Shown: positions 1-14,496 of the stretch, one piece after another
How the letters are laid out: each line of letters opens with the position of its first letter
How positions within the stretch are numbered: the stretch's first letter is position 1
Source of the DNA: Paraspadella gotoi
Taxonomy: Eukaryota > Animalia > Chaetognatha
Length of the DNA: 64,000 bases
NCBI GenBank assembly: GCA_051294375.1
Contig: CM119264.1
Coordinates: 15,907,245-15,971,244, forward strand
Direction of reading: 5' to 3'
Position numbers and translations under genes: made by a program
Notes under the pieces: generated by a model
What the model saw: the letters and a program-made list of their open reading frames with translations, nothing else
The model's database searches: none
Told to the model about the DNA's origin: nothing

Positions 1-469
1 CAATATTTCTACAAAAGTTTACAAACCCTCTTGAGTACAATTTAGAAAAATTTTAAGAAAAAAATTTAAAATATATTGGAGCTATGCAAGTTTTTAAAAA
101 AAAAATTTTGACCCAATTTTTAAGTGGTTTAAGATTATTTTTTTAAAAAATTGCTTAAATGGGCAATAGCCAGACATCCAGGCAACCTCCTATAAAATCC
201 TAAAGCCATTTATCCTATAAATGGAAAAGTTATCCCATGTACAGACTTACGACATTCTCGGTTTCCGGTACTGTACTTAATGAAGGAATTTTTCAAAGAG
301 TTATATTTCTTTTTATCAACTTTTTATGACGAATCCAAATCTGCAAAAAAATCTTAGAATAAACTGTTTTGAAATTTCAACATTTATTGGTTTAGTACTA
401 GTGTAAATATGGCCTACTGCGTAAATTGTAAAATTTATTATAAATTTTTTTATTACATAAATGTTCATT

Positions 470-2400
470 AATATAATGTTGTTTGTTCCTCACTTTTAGA
501 ATTTTAATTAAAGTTAAATTTAGAAATGTTACTACGCCTTAATGTCCATTTATCAACTAGATCAATACAATTACCATCAAGAAAAAGTATATCATTTGGA
601 ATTTTAGTTTGTCACTTCCCAAAATACATGACTTTCGTTTTTTTGAAACTAAATGTAAAACAAAAATCCTTTGCATATTTTGCACAAATGTCAATAAAGA
701 CTTGCATACCTCTTATCGTTGGGGAAAGTAATGCTATATCGTCTGCATAAAATATACATGCTACAAAAATATGTCCTATGAAATTGGTACAACCAATATA
801 AAAATTATGCATTCATTTAATAAATAAGCTATCTTGCCCCTGACTTTGGACAGGCTTTGGTGGTTTAAGGCCTCCATCACTCTTACAAGATAATGACAAA
901 GCAGGTCCCTGCAAGCTTTCAATCAAGACTCTCTCACAGTCTCGTTTATACACTCCCAGAGTACCTGGCTTCCCTATCAATGAAGTAGAAAATATTTCAA
1001 AGAATGTTTCAATTGTATGAAAAGACCACTCCCTTAAGTATTAGATCGGGGAATACTTATTGTACTCCGCACTAGCATCAAAATACAAGGAGCTGAATTT
1101 TATGAAATTGGTACAACCAATATAAAAATTATCCATTCATTCATTCATATGTAACATCCATAACCTGATTTTTTTAGTTCCAAAATTAAATCGTTGACAT
1201 ATATATGCCATAAGTATGGGTGAGGACTCCTCCTTGGCGTACGCCAGAAGACACTACAAATGAATCACTAATGGTACTTTTCCATCTACATTTACTTTTT
1301 AAGTTGCTATACCAGTATACCAAGATTTTTAAGAAACATAATGGCACTCCACGATCTATAAGCTTAGTAAAAAGACCATAATGATTCACTTTGTCATAAC
1401 CCTTGCTACAATCCATGAATGTACTGTAAACACCCGAACCATGAACATTAAAATAATCTATGCAGGTTCGTAGAGTGAACATTGCATGAGAAGTAGAATG
1501 AGATTTCTTATTAACCAAATTGCAAGTCATATGAAAAAAGATAATGCCCAAATTTTTACAAGAGACAGTGCTCAAACAATTGACTAAAAACTGATGACAG
1601 ACTTATTCCTCGGTAATTAGAGACTACAAAGATCACCACTGTAATCTTTCACTATTAGAATAATTAGTCCATCTAAAAAGTCTGAACAAACATAGGCGTG
1701 TTGAATAAAACTGTTAAATAACATGTGAATATGAATTAATAATTTAGGGCACGCATGAATCAAATGTTCTGGAGTAATAAAAGAAGCGGTAGATTTACCT
1801 GTTTTTAACTTACAAAAAGCGGTTAGAAACTCATCCCATGAAATTAAGTATGGTCTAATAGATGTCTCTGCTAAAGATTGACAGTATCTTTATATTTTTC
1901 ACAAAAATTCGATTTCAGTCGTTCGTTACTTTCAGCATTAAAATCATCATACACTGATTGTAATTCAAAGCCAAGTGATAGCAATTGTATTGTCATCAAA
2001 TAACCCATCAATCATGTTAATATCCGTATTTTTACCCTGCATTTTACGCCATGAGTTCCAAAACCCTACACAATCTTTATTCATTAAATCGTATAATTTT
2101 TCAGAGTTACAATTTGACTCTTCTTGTTTTGCTTTTTTTATAGCATGTTTAGACAGTGTACTAGCTTTTAACTTTGCATTAAAGATAGAACCACTATTTG
2201 GTTTTCCACAGTCACGCCAAACGTTAAACAGCTCAATTGATTCTTTTTTTAAATGTGATAACTCATCATTCCAAAAGGTTTTCTGAATAATAGGAAGAGT
2301 TCGTGGCAGAGTAGCGTCTGCTACTTTAATGCAACCCCATGGATTATGGACAATAATATAATGGATCTATTTGCTTTGGTGCAGTATGACACAATGAAAA
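470..2400 (-). mobile_element. Degenerate non-LTR retrotransposon (LINE, RTE-X-like) reverse transcriptase relic
   Basis: Fragments encode DCSKGYDKVNHYGLF, SGVRQGGVL (1186-1575) and CIFYADDIALLSPT (612-812). Frameshifts and stops are present, and a repeat is inserted at 778-1143. Confidence 0.85.
778..1143. repeat. Interspersed ~325-bp repeat with terminal direct/partial tandem duplication (other copies at 17553-17982 and 36031-36468)
   Basis: Near-identical units begin ATGAAATTGGTACAACCAATATAAAAATTATCCATTCAT, and the start recurs after ~325 bp. This copy interrupts the LINE RT. Confidence 0.85.
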
Positions 2401-4594
2401 ATAACGTGGCGAAACGGTCTCTTGCTGATTTTGTCCCTTTAAATTGTTTCTGAGCCAAATTAATTGACCAAATTAATTGACCATAAACAAAAAATCTAAC
2501 GAGATCAAAAATAGTAAAAAAGATGAAGCAATATAGCTTGAAACGCTTACAAAATTTTAGACCATTGCTTTTATAAATGCAAAAAAAATATTAATATTAT
2601 TAAAACAAAACTTTAACGATAACCTAATAGTTAACCGAGACCAAGATGAATATTTTTTACCCATCATTTCCTCAATTTATATGAATCATTTGTTTGTAAT
2701 TACTAATTAGTCAATTAATCTAAATAACAACATGACAAATTCATTTTAAATTTTCTTTATGAATGGGAAGTTTTCTCTGCTTACTCCCTTTGTGTCTAAT
2801 TATTTAATATTTTAAAGGTATTTTCAAAAACCTTATATAATTACTATATTTTTTACTTTTTTTCAATTCTTTCAAACAAAAACAACATCATAAAAATATT
2901 TTAAATTAATAAAAAAAATTGATTGAATGATTTTGGAAAAAAATATTTTGAAACTTGAGAATAATGGATTATGAGTCAGGAAACAAATTTTGCAATTCTA
3001 AAAAAATCAGCCTCTTGCCTTTCGATTTTTTTAGAGGCTGATTTTTTTATTTTTTTCATATTTTGATTTTCTATGCAAAACCATTATTCTCAATGAGCAT
3101 AGGTCTAACAAAATTTTCTTTCCAACAATTTGAAAAAATTTCAACTTTTCTAATTAGGCTTTTTTGGGGGAAATAAATAAATAAATTATTATACGATGGG
3201 TACATCTGAAAGTGATATGTCTATAAATGACAAAAAAATTTTCTTCGTTTTATTTTGAAATTTAAGTATTGTACCAATAGAAATAATGAGTACTCCGCTT
3301 TGCCGAAATTTTTATTTACAAGATTTGTACTGCGTAAATTAAAAAAAGTTATTTTTTAAAATAACTTTTGAAACGAAAAGAGGTAGCAAGTAATGTGGTA
3401 TCAAATAAAGCCTAATCATGGACACCGTTCTAAAGCGTTTTATTAAATTAAATCATAATCTTTACAACAGTTTTGTTTAAATTCAGAGTTAAAGTATAAC
3501 AGTTTTTTGCTTTAAAAAATTTCAATGAAGGCCATATAAAATTTTTTCTTTTTCTTTTGTATTTGAAAAAGGAAAGACTGAATTACATTTTGTTTATTAT
3601 TAAATTTCTTTTTCCATAAAATGCTTTATTTTTCAGGTTAAAGTAAAAAAAAAGCAAAAATATGTTGTAGCTTGATAAAATGTATTTTTAAATATTAAAA
3701 ATGATAAATACAAAAATGTTTTCAGCTTGATATAAACATCTGCGAATCTACCTTCTTGTCTGGAAAAACCTCATTTTTCATTATCTTTTAACTGCAAACT
3801 AAAAAGCTTGCACACAACTGCTTGTTTATCACAATAAAGTTTTTAAAAAATTACATAGCTGGCAACATATTTGATAAGCAAGACATTGTGTTAATTGTAT
3901 TGATAATTTTTTTTAAAATTAGCAGGAATTTATTCTATTATTTATCATCCATTTATAATTAAGAAATAATTTCTTTGTAATAGCCATTGACTGACCTTAA
4001 GATGAATTTTTTAGATTTTTTAACTGCCACCATTTCACAAGATATAAAAGGTCATAGTTATATGTCAATAGTCCAATTATCTGTACAGCTTTTTGCACTG
4101 ATTCCAAGATTTTTTTTTCCCTTTCAAATGTATTAAAATAAAAAAAATTATTTGAGAGACAAACGAGGTCATGAGAGATGCCATTGGTAGCCTAAGTTAC
4201 CCACTCACGATCGAAATTTTTAAATCAAGGTTTTTTTTATCTTCTTGAGACATACTAAATAGTACTATTATTTTTTTTTCTATTACAATTCTAGGATTAA
4301 ATATGAATAAGTAACTTTTAAAAAAATTTATCATCTTTCACCCTATATTCAGTCATATCTAAAAAACAAAAAAAGATTTTGCATTGATATTTTGGATATC
4401 AACATATGAAACTATAATGTTTCAAAAAATAAAAAGAAATATAATAATATTGAATAGTGAATTTTTTTTATGCACGGAACAGTAACGTTACGCCATTTTT
4501 CATTGTGTCGTATACACACATGTCCCCTTAGGGTGTGACAAAAATTTCAAAATCATAGTAGCCCAATTTACATCCGGCACAATATGTGGGGGTA

Positions 4595-5290
4595 TAAAAA
4601 AGGATGTTTGCCCAAATCTCATCGAATTTGCTTTAACACCCTTAGCACTAACCTTGCTTAAAGGATTTTTGGCACACCTTTGACTAAAAAATTAATTAAT
4701 TGAACTATGACTTGTTTATCCATCCACTCAACTTTATTAGCTGAGGAAATCATCAAAGATTATTTCACATCAATTTGAAGTGCTCTTTTCATCCACAACC
4801 TTCACAATTGGCTCCACAGGAGTTAATAACATCATTGCTTATAATTCCTAACCATGACATAGTTTTACAACTAATATGTTCCTCCAAATTTTGTTGATTA
4901 ATATAATTTTATTTAGTCGTGTGGTTACATCCTGGAGGATACTTCCTGATCATTTTTTTAAATTTTTATAAAATTACCATTTAAAATTATATTTTTGGTT
5001 AATTACATTACAGGCTAATGTAAGATGATACAAAAATTGCATGAATTAAGTCTAGGTATCAAGAGAGCCTCTCTTGAAGGATCTGGGAGTACACTCAACA
5101 CCCCCTTTAACTAAGTAAAGATACCTTCTTTTTTAAAATATAAAATGCATGTTTGGTTAAAATTTTAATTTTTAAATTTTAAATCTTAATTATGCTTCAA
5201 GTTTTAATACACTTACCATTAAAAACTAGAGAAGATTTTGAATACTGCATTATGCAAAATGGATTATGGTAACGTATTTGCTTCACTAGA
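4595..5290 (-). repeat. Repeat/transposon relic, inverted copy of 11185-11920
   Basis: Reverse-complement similarity over ~700 bp, e.g. GTTACATCCTGGAGGATACTTCCTGATC versus GATCAGGAAGTATCCTCCAGGATGTAAC. Confidence 0.8.
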
Positions 5291-5575
5291 GAATCATTTT
5301 CAGCAGATCCCAACTCTATAATTTACTTTGTTGGTCATTCGGTCCCCCCAAAACCTTGTCGGTAAATCACTTATATCATGTGAGAATATCATATTATGAC
5401 AAATTTTGCAAAATTAAAAAGATGTCCGTCTGTCCCACCTTAGCAAAAAACACCACTTATTCGTTATTTGATGGATGGATTGGAATGAAATTTTGTGTGT
5501 AGGTAGGAAAGTGTGTGATTGAGCAGGAGATCAAGTTTCGATGAAAAAAGTGGAAATGAGTTAAAATGGAAAAAA

Positions 5576-8500
5576 ACAAGTTTGAGCAAACAATGTCGGA
5601 TCTGTCCCCCTACGAATAATTAATTAATTAATCGATAATTAATTAATTAAATTTTAATATGTTAATAATACATTTTAATTTTATTCAACTTATCATCATC
5701 GATGTCCTTAAAATTGGGTTAGGACAGTTATTAAATATGTTTTGTTTACATTTTATCAAAACAAACAAATATCCTCTATTTTATTTTATGTCTCCTTCCT
5801 CTCCTCACTCTCTCTCTTTTATGCAATTGCGACGATCTTTATGCTTTTAAGATTTTTTTAACTTGCATCATTTTTTTCACTTAAATAATTAATTAACTAT
5901 TATTAATAAACATTTATTAGTAATCATTAATATTAAAGATTCAAGTAAATGTGACTATGTTTTTTTCATCAACTTCATTTTCCACTGGCTCAATTCCGTC
6001 AAAACTTATATAATATTATTATATATTAATAATATTAAAAGCTTCAGTGCTAACACCCATGAACTAAATCAAAAAGTTAACATTGAAAACGATTTAGTAG
6101 TAAAAGAACAAGTTTGAGCAAACAATGTCGGATCTGCCTACGATAATTAATTAATATTAATTGATTAATTAATTAATTAATAGATTAATTAATTAATAGA
6201 TTAATTAATTAATAATTAATAGATTAATTATAATTTATATTCAGCTTGTCATCAATCGATGTCCTTAAAATTGAGTCAGGACAGTTTAATAATGTTTTGT
6301 TTACCATTTTATCAAAACAAACAAATATCCTCTATTATCGAGCCAGGGCGGGCAAAGCCCGTCCTGTCTAGATTTTTTTTCGGTTTAGCTTTTCGGTCTC
6401 GCTTTTTGCAATCATGGCTTCTGAAAGTGTGATATCATAGGGAGTTTGAATTTTCATATATGGCTTTCTAATCATCAAGATCTTTAAAATTCCTAATGTT
6501 TCATATCATATTGGTATTTTGTTTATGTTTTATTTATTTACAAAACAAAACGTTTTAAATTAATATAGTCGCTCTCTCTCTCTCTTTTCTCCGTCACTTG
6601 GCTTCTTCTAAAAATGAGTTCCGGCTTGCTGGCAGCGTCTGTCCAGGCTTCTTTCTCTCTCTCTGCTTCTCTCTGCTCGTTCTCTCTCTCACTCTCTCGC
6701 TCTTCTTTTTTTTACAAAAAATTTTTTTTAGATAATAATGTGGGTTCACTAATGTAAAAACGATGACCGCGAACAGGGCGCGAGACCCGGGTCCCTTTGG
6801 GTAGAGAATAGCTCACAGCGTACGTGCGTGCGCCATAAGAGACTGCTGATTTCTTTAACGAGTAAAGGGGCCTGTAGAGCTTTCTCTCCTCTCTGCTTTT
6901 AATATTATTAACAATATCGCTCTTTCTCTTCTTTTTTCTCTGCAGCGGCTGTCTCTCTCTCTCTCTCTTTTATCTTTTCTCTCTCTCTCTGTCTCTCTGT
7001 CTGCTCTGTGGTGTGTCTGTCCCTATCTGTCCGATCTTTTGCGTGATCGTATTGGTTTTTTGAAAAAATCTGATTATTTTTTTTCCTATCTAAAACTTTT
7101 TTATTATTGCCATTTATTCCGCGCTTTTTTCAATACAAAAATCCCATATTTTCATGCCGAGATTTTCGTGGATTATATTCTGCTTTCTTTCCTCATGCTT
7201 TCTTCTCTCTCTCTCTCTTCTTCTCTTCTTCTTTGCTCTCTCTCTCTCTCTTCTCTCTCTCTTTCACTCATACACGCATTTTTTGTTTTATTGATATTCA
7301 TCGCTAATATACAACATCGACATAGACAATCATCGCATCGAATCTATGCATCACAGCAGTGAATGACTTATCATCGCATCCAATAATTGATTTTATCATC
7401 GAATCAATAATCAATTCCTATTACAATCATAAATTACTATTACATCAATCATTAGTATTACCTCAATCAAATTACTAGTTACATCAAGCATTCGTTATCT
7501 GCATGATTCATTCGTTTTTTTTCCCCGGTTTTTTTCATTATTTTCTATGATAGTGGGCTCTCTGGCTCGATCTTGAGTCTTTTTAAAGATTTTTTTATAT
7601 TTTATGTCTCCTTCTCTCTCCTCTTCTCTCCTCTCATTCAACTCTCTTTCTCTTCAATCTCCGTCTCACTCTCTAATCTCTCTCTCTCCTCTCTCAATTT
7701 CTCTCATCTCTCTATCTTTGGGTTAATGCAAATAGGAAAGATCTCAAGTAATGCTTAAGCATATTTTTTTAACCTTGTAATATCATTTTCACACTTGGCA
7801 TATTTCCTTTCATACCTAAAACTTTATCTATCTTCCTTCCATCATCTTTTCCTACCGCTACCACACCAAAATTTCACTCAATCTATCATCATTATATTAA
7901 GATATATTGGTAAAATAAAAAAAATTTAGTAAATTAAGACTTATGTTTTTTCATTTAAACTCAAATTTCGCAACTGGTCAAAACAGTTCCCTATGAAACA
8001 TTTTCATTCACGCTTTAATGCCTACCTTTCCTACCGCTACACTCAAACAACTCATCTATCTCATCGCGTTATGTCAATGAGTATTAATTGGTTAAAATAA
8101 GTAAAAGATTTTAGTAAATCGAACTTATGTTTTTTCCATTTAAACTAATTCCACTCCACGATCATCGAATTTTATATCCAGCTTATCACACACTTTCTAC
8201 CCACACAACAAAATTTAATTCAATCAAGCCAGCCAATCACAGTTATTGGAGCTTTTTGCTAAATGGGACGGATGGACGGATTGATTGACTATTAATTAAT
8301 TATTGATTAATTTATTTACTAATTGATTAATTAACTGATTAATTATTTGATTTATTAATACATCCTGCAGATACCATTTAATATAAAAGGAAAAAGAAGC
8401 ATAATCAATTAGTAAACAGGTTTTTTTGTTTTTTTCATTTAAACTCATTTCCCACTCAAAACTATTCCATCGAAACTTGATTTCCTGTTCAATCACAACT

Positions 8501-9778
8501 TTCCTACCCACATACAAAATTCCAGGTCAATCAGCCCATCCACATCATGAGCATATTGGGTTTAAATAGTGAATAGTATTTTTTTGTTTTTTCCATTTAA
8601 AACTCATTTCCACTCGGACGATTCCATCGAAACTTAATATCACAGCTCAATCACACACTTCCTATCCACACAGCACAAAAATTTCATTTAAATCCATCCA
8701 TCCATCACGAGTAATTGGTGTTTTTTGCTAAGGTGGCGGACGGACCGGACGACGACGACAGACGACGGACGGACATCATTTTTTTTGGCATAATTTATCA
8801 TAATTCGATTTCTGACATGATATAAGTGTGTGCCGCGACAATATTGAGGGGGCGGACCGACGGACCGAAAAAGTGAGTTATTAAAAAGTGAGTTATAGAG
8901 TCGGGATCTGCTGATAAGCAGATCCGATCTAAAAAAAAAATTTTAAAGAGAACTAGAAGTTATAAAAAGGTGTTCAATTTTGGCCCGCCTTACTAGATAT
9001 TAGGCCGGAACAGGTTGAAACTAGAAGTTCTCTCAATGGTTAATGGTTAAGCGACTATTAATAATATGAAAATGAAATAATTTTTTAAAATTTTGCTCAT
9101 CAATTTTTTTTATAGATTCTGATAGAGCTTTAAAAGTTAGATAAAGGTTATTATACAACTAATTTTTTTTGTTTTATTAATGAAAAATTTAAAAAAATAA
9201 AATTCAGCCAATAATGATGATGATAATTTTTTAAGGTTTTTTTCTATTTTTAACTAATTTATTGTCAAAATTTGAAAAAATTATAGTACTAACTTTCATT
9301 TAACTTTTTAAGCTCTACAAGAACCCGTTCTTAAAAAAATCAAATTTTAAAATTTTTTTTTGTCATTTGTTATATATTAAAAATATTTTAAAAGCTTCAG
9401 TGCAACAACCCATAAACTAATTCAAAAAGTTACATTGAAAATCGATTTAGTAGTAGAAGGAAAAAAGAAATTTTTTTTGAGAGAACTAGAAGTTATAAAA
9501 GTGTTCAATTTTGGCCCGCCTTACTAGATATAATTGCATGTGATTAAACAATGTTATCGGAAATATATAATTTTATCATTTTATGTATTTTTTAAGTATT
9601 TTAATTATTTTTATTTAGCGAGTAAAATAACTTTTTTATTCGCTAATTTTTATTTCGGACTCTCTCTCTTTCTTTCTCTCTCTCTCTCTCTCTTTGCAAT
9701 TGCAATGATCCTTATGCTCATTTTTCTGCTCTCTCTCTCTCTCTTTGCAATTGCGACGATCCTATGCTCATTTTTCTG

Positions 9779-9812
<34 letters not shown>

Positions 9813-10602
9813 TTCATAAATAATAAAGATTCAAGTAAATGTGACATGTTTTTTTTTCCATTTAAACTCATTTCCACTGGCACAATTCCGTCAAAAACTT
9901 TATATCTAGCTTCTTCACACACTTTCCTCCCGCTAACAAAATTTCATCTCAATCTATTATGGGTTAAAATAAGTAAAAAGATTCAAGTAAATGTGACTCA
10001 TATTTTTTTCATTTAAACTCATTCCACTCGTACGTTTCCACGAAACTTTATATCAAGCATCGTTACACATTTTTTCTACCCACAAAAAATTTGAAACTCA
10101 ATCTATCCATCTAATTATGATTAATTAGAGTACTTATTGGTTAAATAATTAAAAATATTTTAGTAAATGCGACTTATGTTTTTTTCCTCTTAAACTCACA
10201 GACGATTCCGTCGAAACTTTATATCCAGCTTTAACACTCACTTTCCTACCCACACACAAAATTCCATTTCGATTTATCTATCCAATTTTTAATAAACATA
10301 ATAATTATGAGTAAATTTAAGTAAAAATACTTTAAGTAAATATGACTTTTGTTTTTTCCATTTTAACTCATTTCCACTCGCACAATTCCATCGAAACTTT
10401 ATATCCAGCTCAATCACACACTTCCCACGGACGGACGGACAGACACAGACAGACGGACATCGTTTTTTTTTTGCATTATTTATCATAATTCGATGTTCTG
10501 ACATGACATAAGTGTGTGCCCGACAATATTGAGGGGGCGGACCGACGGACCGACAAAGTGAGTTATAGAGTCGGGATCTGCTGATAAGCAGATCCGACTA
10601 AA
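5576..10602 (-). mobile_element. Cluster of nested/tandem DINE-1/HINE-like (Helentron-associated) non-autonomous elements
   Basis: Left ends ACAAGTTTGAGCAAACAATGTCGGATCTG (5577, 6107), right ends GATCTGCTGATAAGCAGATCCGA (~8905-8930, ~10576-10600), (GGAC)n microsatellite and internal ~120-bp repeats. Confidence 0.7.
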
Positions 10603-12002
10603 AATACATTACACTATTTGAACGCCAATTACTCATGATTGACTTCAGATTTTGTATGAGGGTAGGAAAGTGTGTGATTGAGCATGAAACAAAGTATCGA
10701 TGGAATCGTCCAAGTTGAAATGAGTTAAAATAGAAAAAACAAACTATCTATTTCACTATTTGATTATGCTTTTTTTATTTTTATATTAAATGTTAATTCA
10801 AGCTGCATTAATTAATTATTAATAAATAGGTAATTAATTAATTATTAGTAATTAATTAATTTTGTTATCAAAATTGCTGTTTTGTGATTGAGAGGCAAGA
10901 CATAGTAAAAAACGATTTTGACACGAATAAAAAAAATTAACATTAATTAATTTAACTAATTATCCGATCAGCTGCTTACCGCTAATGATCGTGGGCAGAT
11001 CCGGCATTGTTTGCTCAAATTTCTTTCTTTCTGTCAGTCGTTCTCCCTTTATAAAAGCTTATATCATTCTTTCTTACATTTACTTAGCAGTGTTAATTTA
11101 GCACCTGTTAATTTAAATAAGATTTCTTCAAATACATTCGTACATTTGTCCCCCTTTTGTTATTGTTCTCCAACGATTCTCTAATGAAGCAAATACGTTA
11201 CCATAATCCATTTTGCATAATGCAGTATTCAAAATTTTCTCCAGTTTTTAATGGTATGTGTATTTAAACTTGAAGCATAATTTTTTGTCATAAAATTTTA
11301 ACCAAACATGCATTTTATATATTAAAAAATAAGGTATCTTTACTCAGTTAAAGGGGGTGTTGAGTGTGCACCAAGATCCTTCAAGAGAGGCTCTCTTGAT
11401 ACCTAGCTTAATTCATGCAATTTTTTTGGATCTGACCAATTTTTGTATCATCTTACATCAGCCTGTAATGTAAATTAATCAAAAATGTAATTTTAAATGG
11501 TAATTTTATGAAAATTAAAAAAAAGGATCAGGAAGTATCCTCCAGGATGTAACCACGCCACTAGATAAAATCAAATTTTGTTGATTTATATAGAGGAACA
11601 TATTAGTTGTAAAACTATGTCAAGATAAGAGATTCTACCCTGAATGGTTAGGAATTCTAAGCAATGATGTTATCAGCTCCACATCCTCCAGCGTGCTGTG
11701 GAGCCAGTTGTGAAGGCTGTGGATGAAAAGAGTACTTCAAATTGATGTGAAATAATCTTTGATGATTTCCTCAGCTAATAAAGTTGAGTGGACGGATAAG
11801 CAAATCATATTTTTCAAACAATTAATTTTTTAGTCAAAGGTGTGCCAAAAATCCTTTAAACGAGGTTAGTGCTAAGGGTGTTGAAGCAAATTCGATGAGA
11901 TTTGGGCAAGCATACTTTTTTATAAAGATGTTAAAACCTCAGCTGGAGAAATCCAAGGAAAAACTTCATTTGTGAAGATCAACTTGAACAAGAATCAATA
12001 AA

Positions 12003-13404
12003 AACAAGTTTGAGCAAACAATGTCGGATCTGCCTAGGATAATTAATTAATTAATCGATTAATTAATTAATTTTAATAATTAATTATAATTTATATTCAG
12101 CTTGTCATCATCGATGTCCTTAAAATTGAGTCAGGACAGTTATTAAATGTTTTGTTTACATTTTATCAAAACAAATATCCTCTATTTTATTTTATGTCTT
12201 CTTCTCTCTCTCTCTCTCTCACTCTCTTTCTTTCTCTCTCTCTCACTCTTTATCTCTCTCTCTCTCTTTTTATGCAATTGCGACGATCCTTATGCTTTTA
12301 AGATTTTGTTAACTTGCATTATTTTTTCAACTTGCATAATTTTTTCAACTTGCATTCCGTCAAAACTTTATATCTAGCTTCTTCGCTCACTTTCCTACCG
12401 GTTCACAAAATTTCTTCTCAATCTATCATGGGTTAAAATAAATAAAAAGATTTAAGTAAATGTGACTCATATTTTTTTCATTTAAACTCATTTCCACTGG
12501 TACGTTTCCACCGAAACTTTATATCAAGCTTCGTCACACATTTTCCTACCCACACACAAAATTTCAACTCAATCTATCCATCCAATTATGATTAATTAAA
12601 GTATTTATTGGTTAAAATAAGTAAAAAGATTTTAGTAAATGCGACTTATGTTTTTTCCATTTAAACTAATTTCCACTCACATGATTCCATCGAAACTTTA
12701 TATCCAGCTTTATCACACACTTTTCTACCCACACACAAAATTTAATTCCAATCCAACCAGCCAATCACGAGTTATTAGAGCTTTTTGCTAAGGTAGGACG
12801 GATGGACGGATTGATTGAATTAATTAATTATTGATTACTAATTGATTAATTATTTGATTTATTAATATATCCTGCATATACATTTAATATAAAAGGAAAA
12901 AGAAGCATAATCAATTAGTGAAACAGGTTTTTTGTTTTTTTCAATTTAAACTCATTTCCACTCAAACTATTCCATCGAAACTTGATTTCCTGTTCAATCA
13001 CACACTTTCCTACCCACATACAAAATTCCAGGTCAATCAGCCCATCCACTCATGAGCAATTGGTGTTCAAATAGTGAATATATTTTTTTTCTATTTTCCA
13101 TTTAAACTCATTTCCACTTGGACGATTCTATCGAAACTTCATATCCAGCTCAATCGCACACTTACCTATCCACACACAAAATTTTATTCAAATCCATCCA
13201 TGCAATCACGAGTAATTGGTGTTTTTTGCTAAGGTGGGACGGACGGACAGACGGACGGATGGACATTTTTTTTGCATAATTTATCATAATTCGATATTCT
13301 GACATGATATAAGTTAGTGCCCGACAATATTGAGGGGGCGGACCGACGGACCGACAAAGTGAATTATAGAGTCGGGATCTGCTGATAAGCAGATCCGACT
13401 AAAA
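12003..13404 (-). mobile_element. Complete ~1.4-kb DINE-1/HINE-like Helentron-associated element
   Basis: Read on the minus strand: T-run, 5' subTIR GTCGGATCTGC with partial inverted repeat, (GTCC)n microsatellite, 3' subTIR GCAGATCCGAC, short stem-loop GTTTGCTCAAAC, then T-run. No TSD; inserted in an A/T run. Confidence 0.75.
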
Positions 13405-14496
13405 ATCAAGCCTGATCTTATCAGTCTCCGGTCAAGAAGTGGGAAACAATCAATAAATGAAAGAACTGGTCCCTGGAAAGAATACATGATCCCTCAAACC
13501 TGCACTGAAAATATCTAAATACCCCCTCATCGACGTGTTCCTCAAGACCAAAGAAGGCCACCAGCTTTTGGAAAACGAAAAAAAACTGATGGAAATATAT
13601 ACCGCCACAGCCTATAAATTAAGGCTAAAATGAAAAATATTTTTGACCATGTCTTTCAGGAGCTCCCGAATGCTTAGACCGATTTTCTTTTAACTTACAC
13701 AAATGGATTTCTCATTTCAAAATCTACATTTATCATTCATAATTTTTTATAATATGAGCGTAAAAAAGAGCGCAACTTAAGTTTGAAGAGTGTGACTCTA
13801 CCATTACCCTTTTTTAAGAAACAATATCAGTCATGGTGCATGGCATAACTTGTCAGTGTTTGTGACAAATTTTTTTTTAAATGATCTTTAAATAATTTAA
13901 ATAGCTTTCGATGAAAATTCAATAGTTTTAGTATTTGACTTCTCTCGCTTTTTTAGTTCTTTGTCTTTGTTTTTTAGTCCAGAGGGAAGCATGACGATAA
14001 CATGCCACGCCATTGGGGGCCTGGACAATAGAGCGTTAAAAGACAACAAAATATAAGATATTTAATTCCATTCATTAATCATTATTATTTTAATGTAATA
14101 AGGTCTGAAGAATTCGATGATGATAACCATTTTTTGTATAGTTTTATCTTTCTTGTCGCAACAACAATATTAATTGCGAAGAAAGATCGCGGAACCATTT
14201 TTCACAATTCATGGCAATTCACATTAAAAATATTTATATATATTTATATTTATTTACTTTAAATCAGTTCATATTGCTCGATAATTGAACTATGAAAAAT
14301 TCCAAGTCTGAACAACAAATACAATCATACAAATTTACTTCCTTAAACTTAATATACAAAATAATATATATTAAATGAAAATTATTTGACTTCTTTTAAG
14401 TTCGACGCTAACCGTAGTTCTCAGTAAATTTTTTTTAAATTCAACTTAAATTAAATCAAGTTTTTATAAAAGTATTTTAAATTGGTTAATCATTAC

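Noticed and set aside
7039-10016. Leu/Ser-rich or Arg/Glu-rich ORFs (also at 12147, 47404, 53121, 57403, 60834 and 61835-62659)
   Set aside because: Translations of (CT)n/(GA)n microsatellites and low-complexity repeat interiors.
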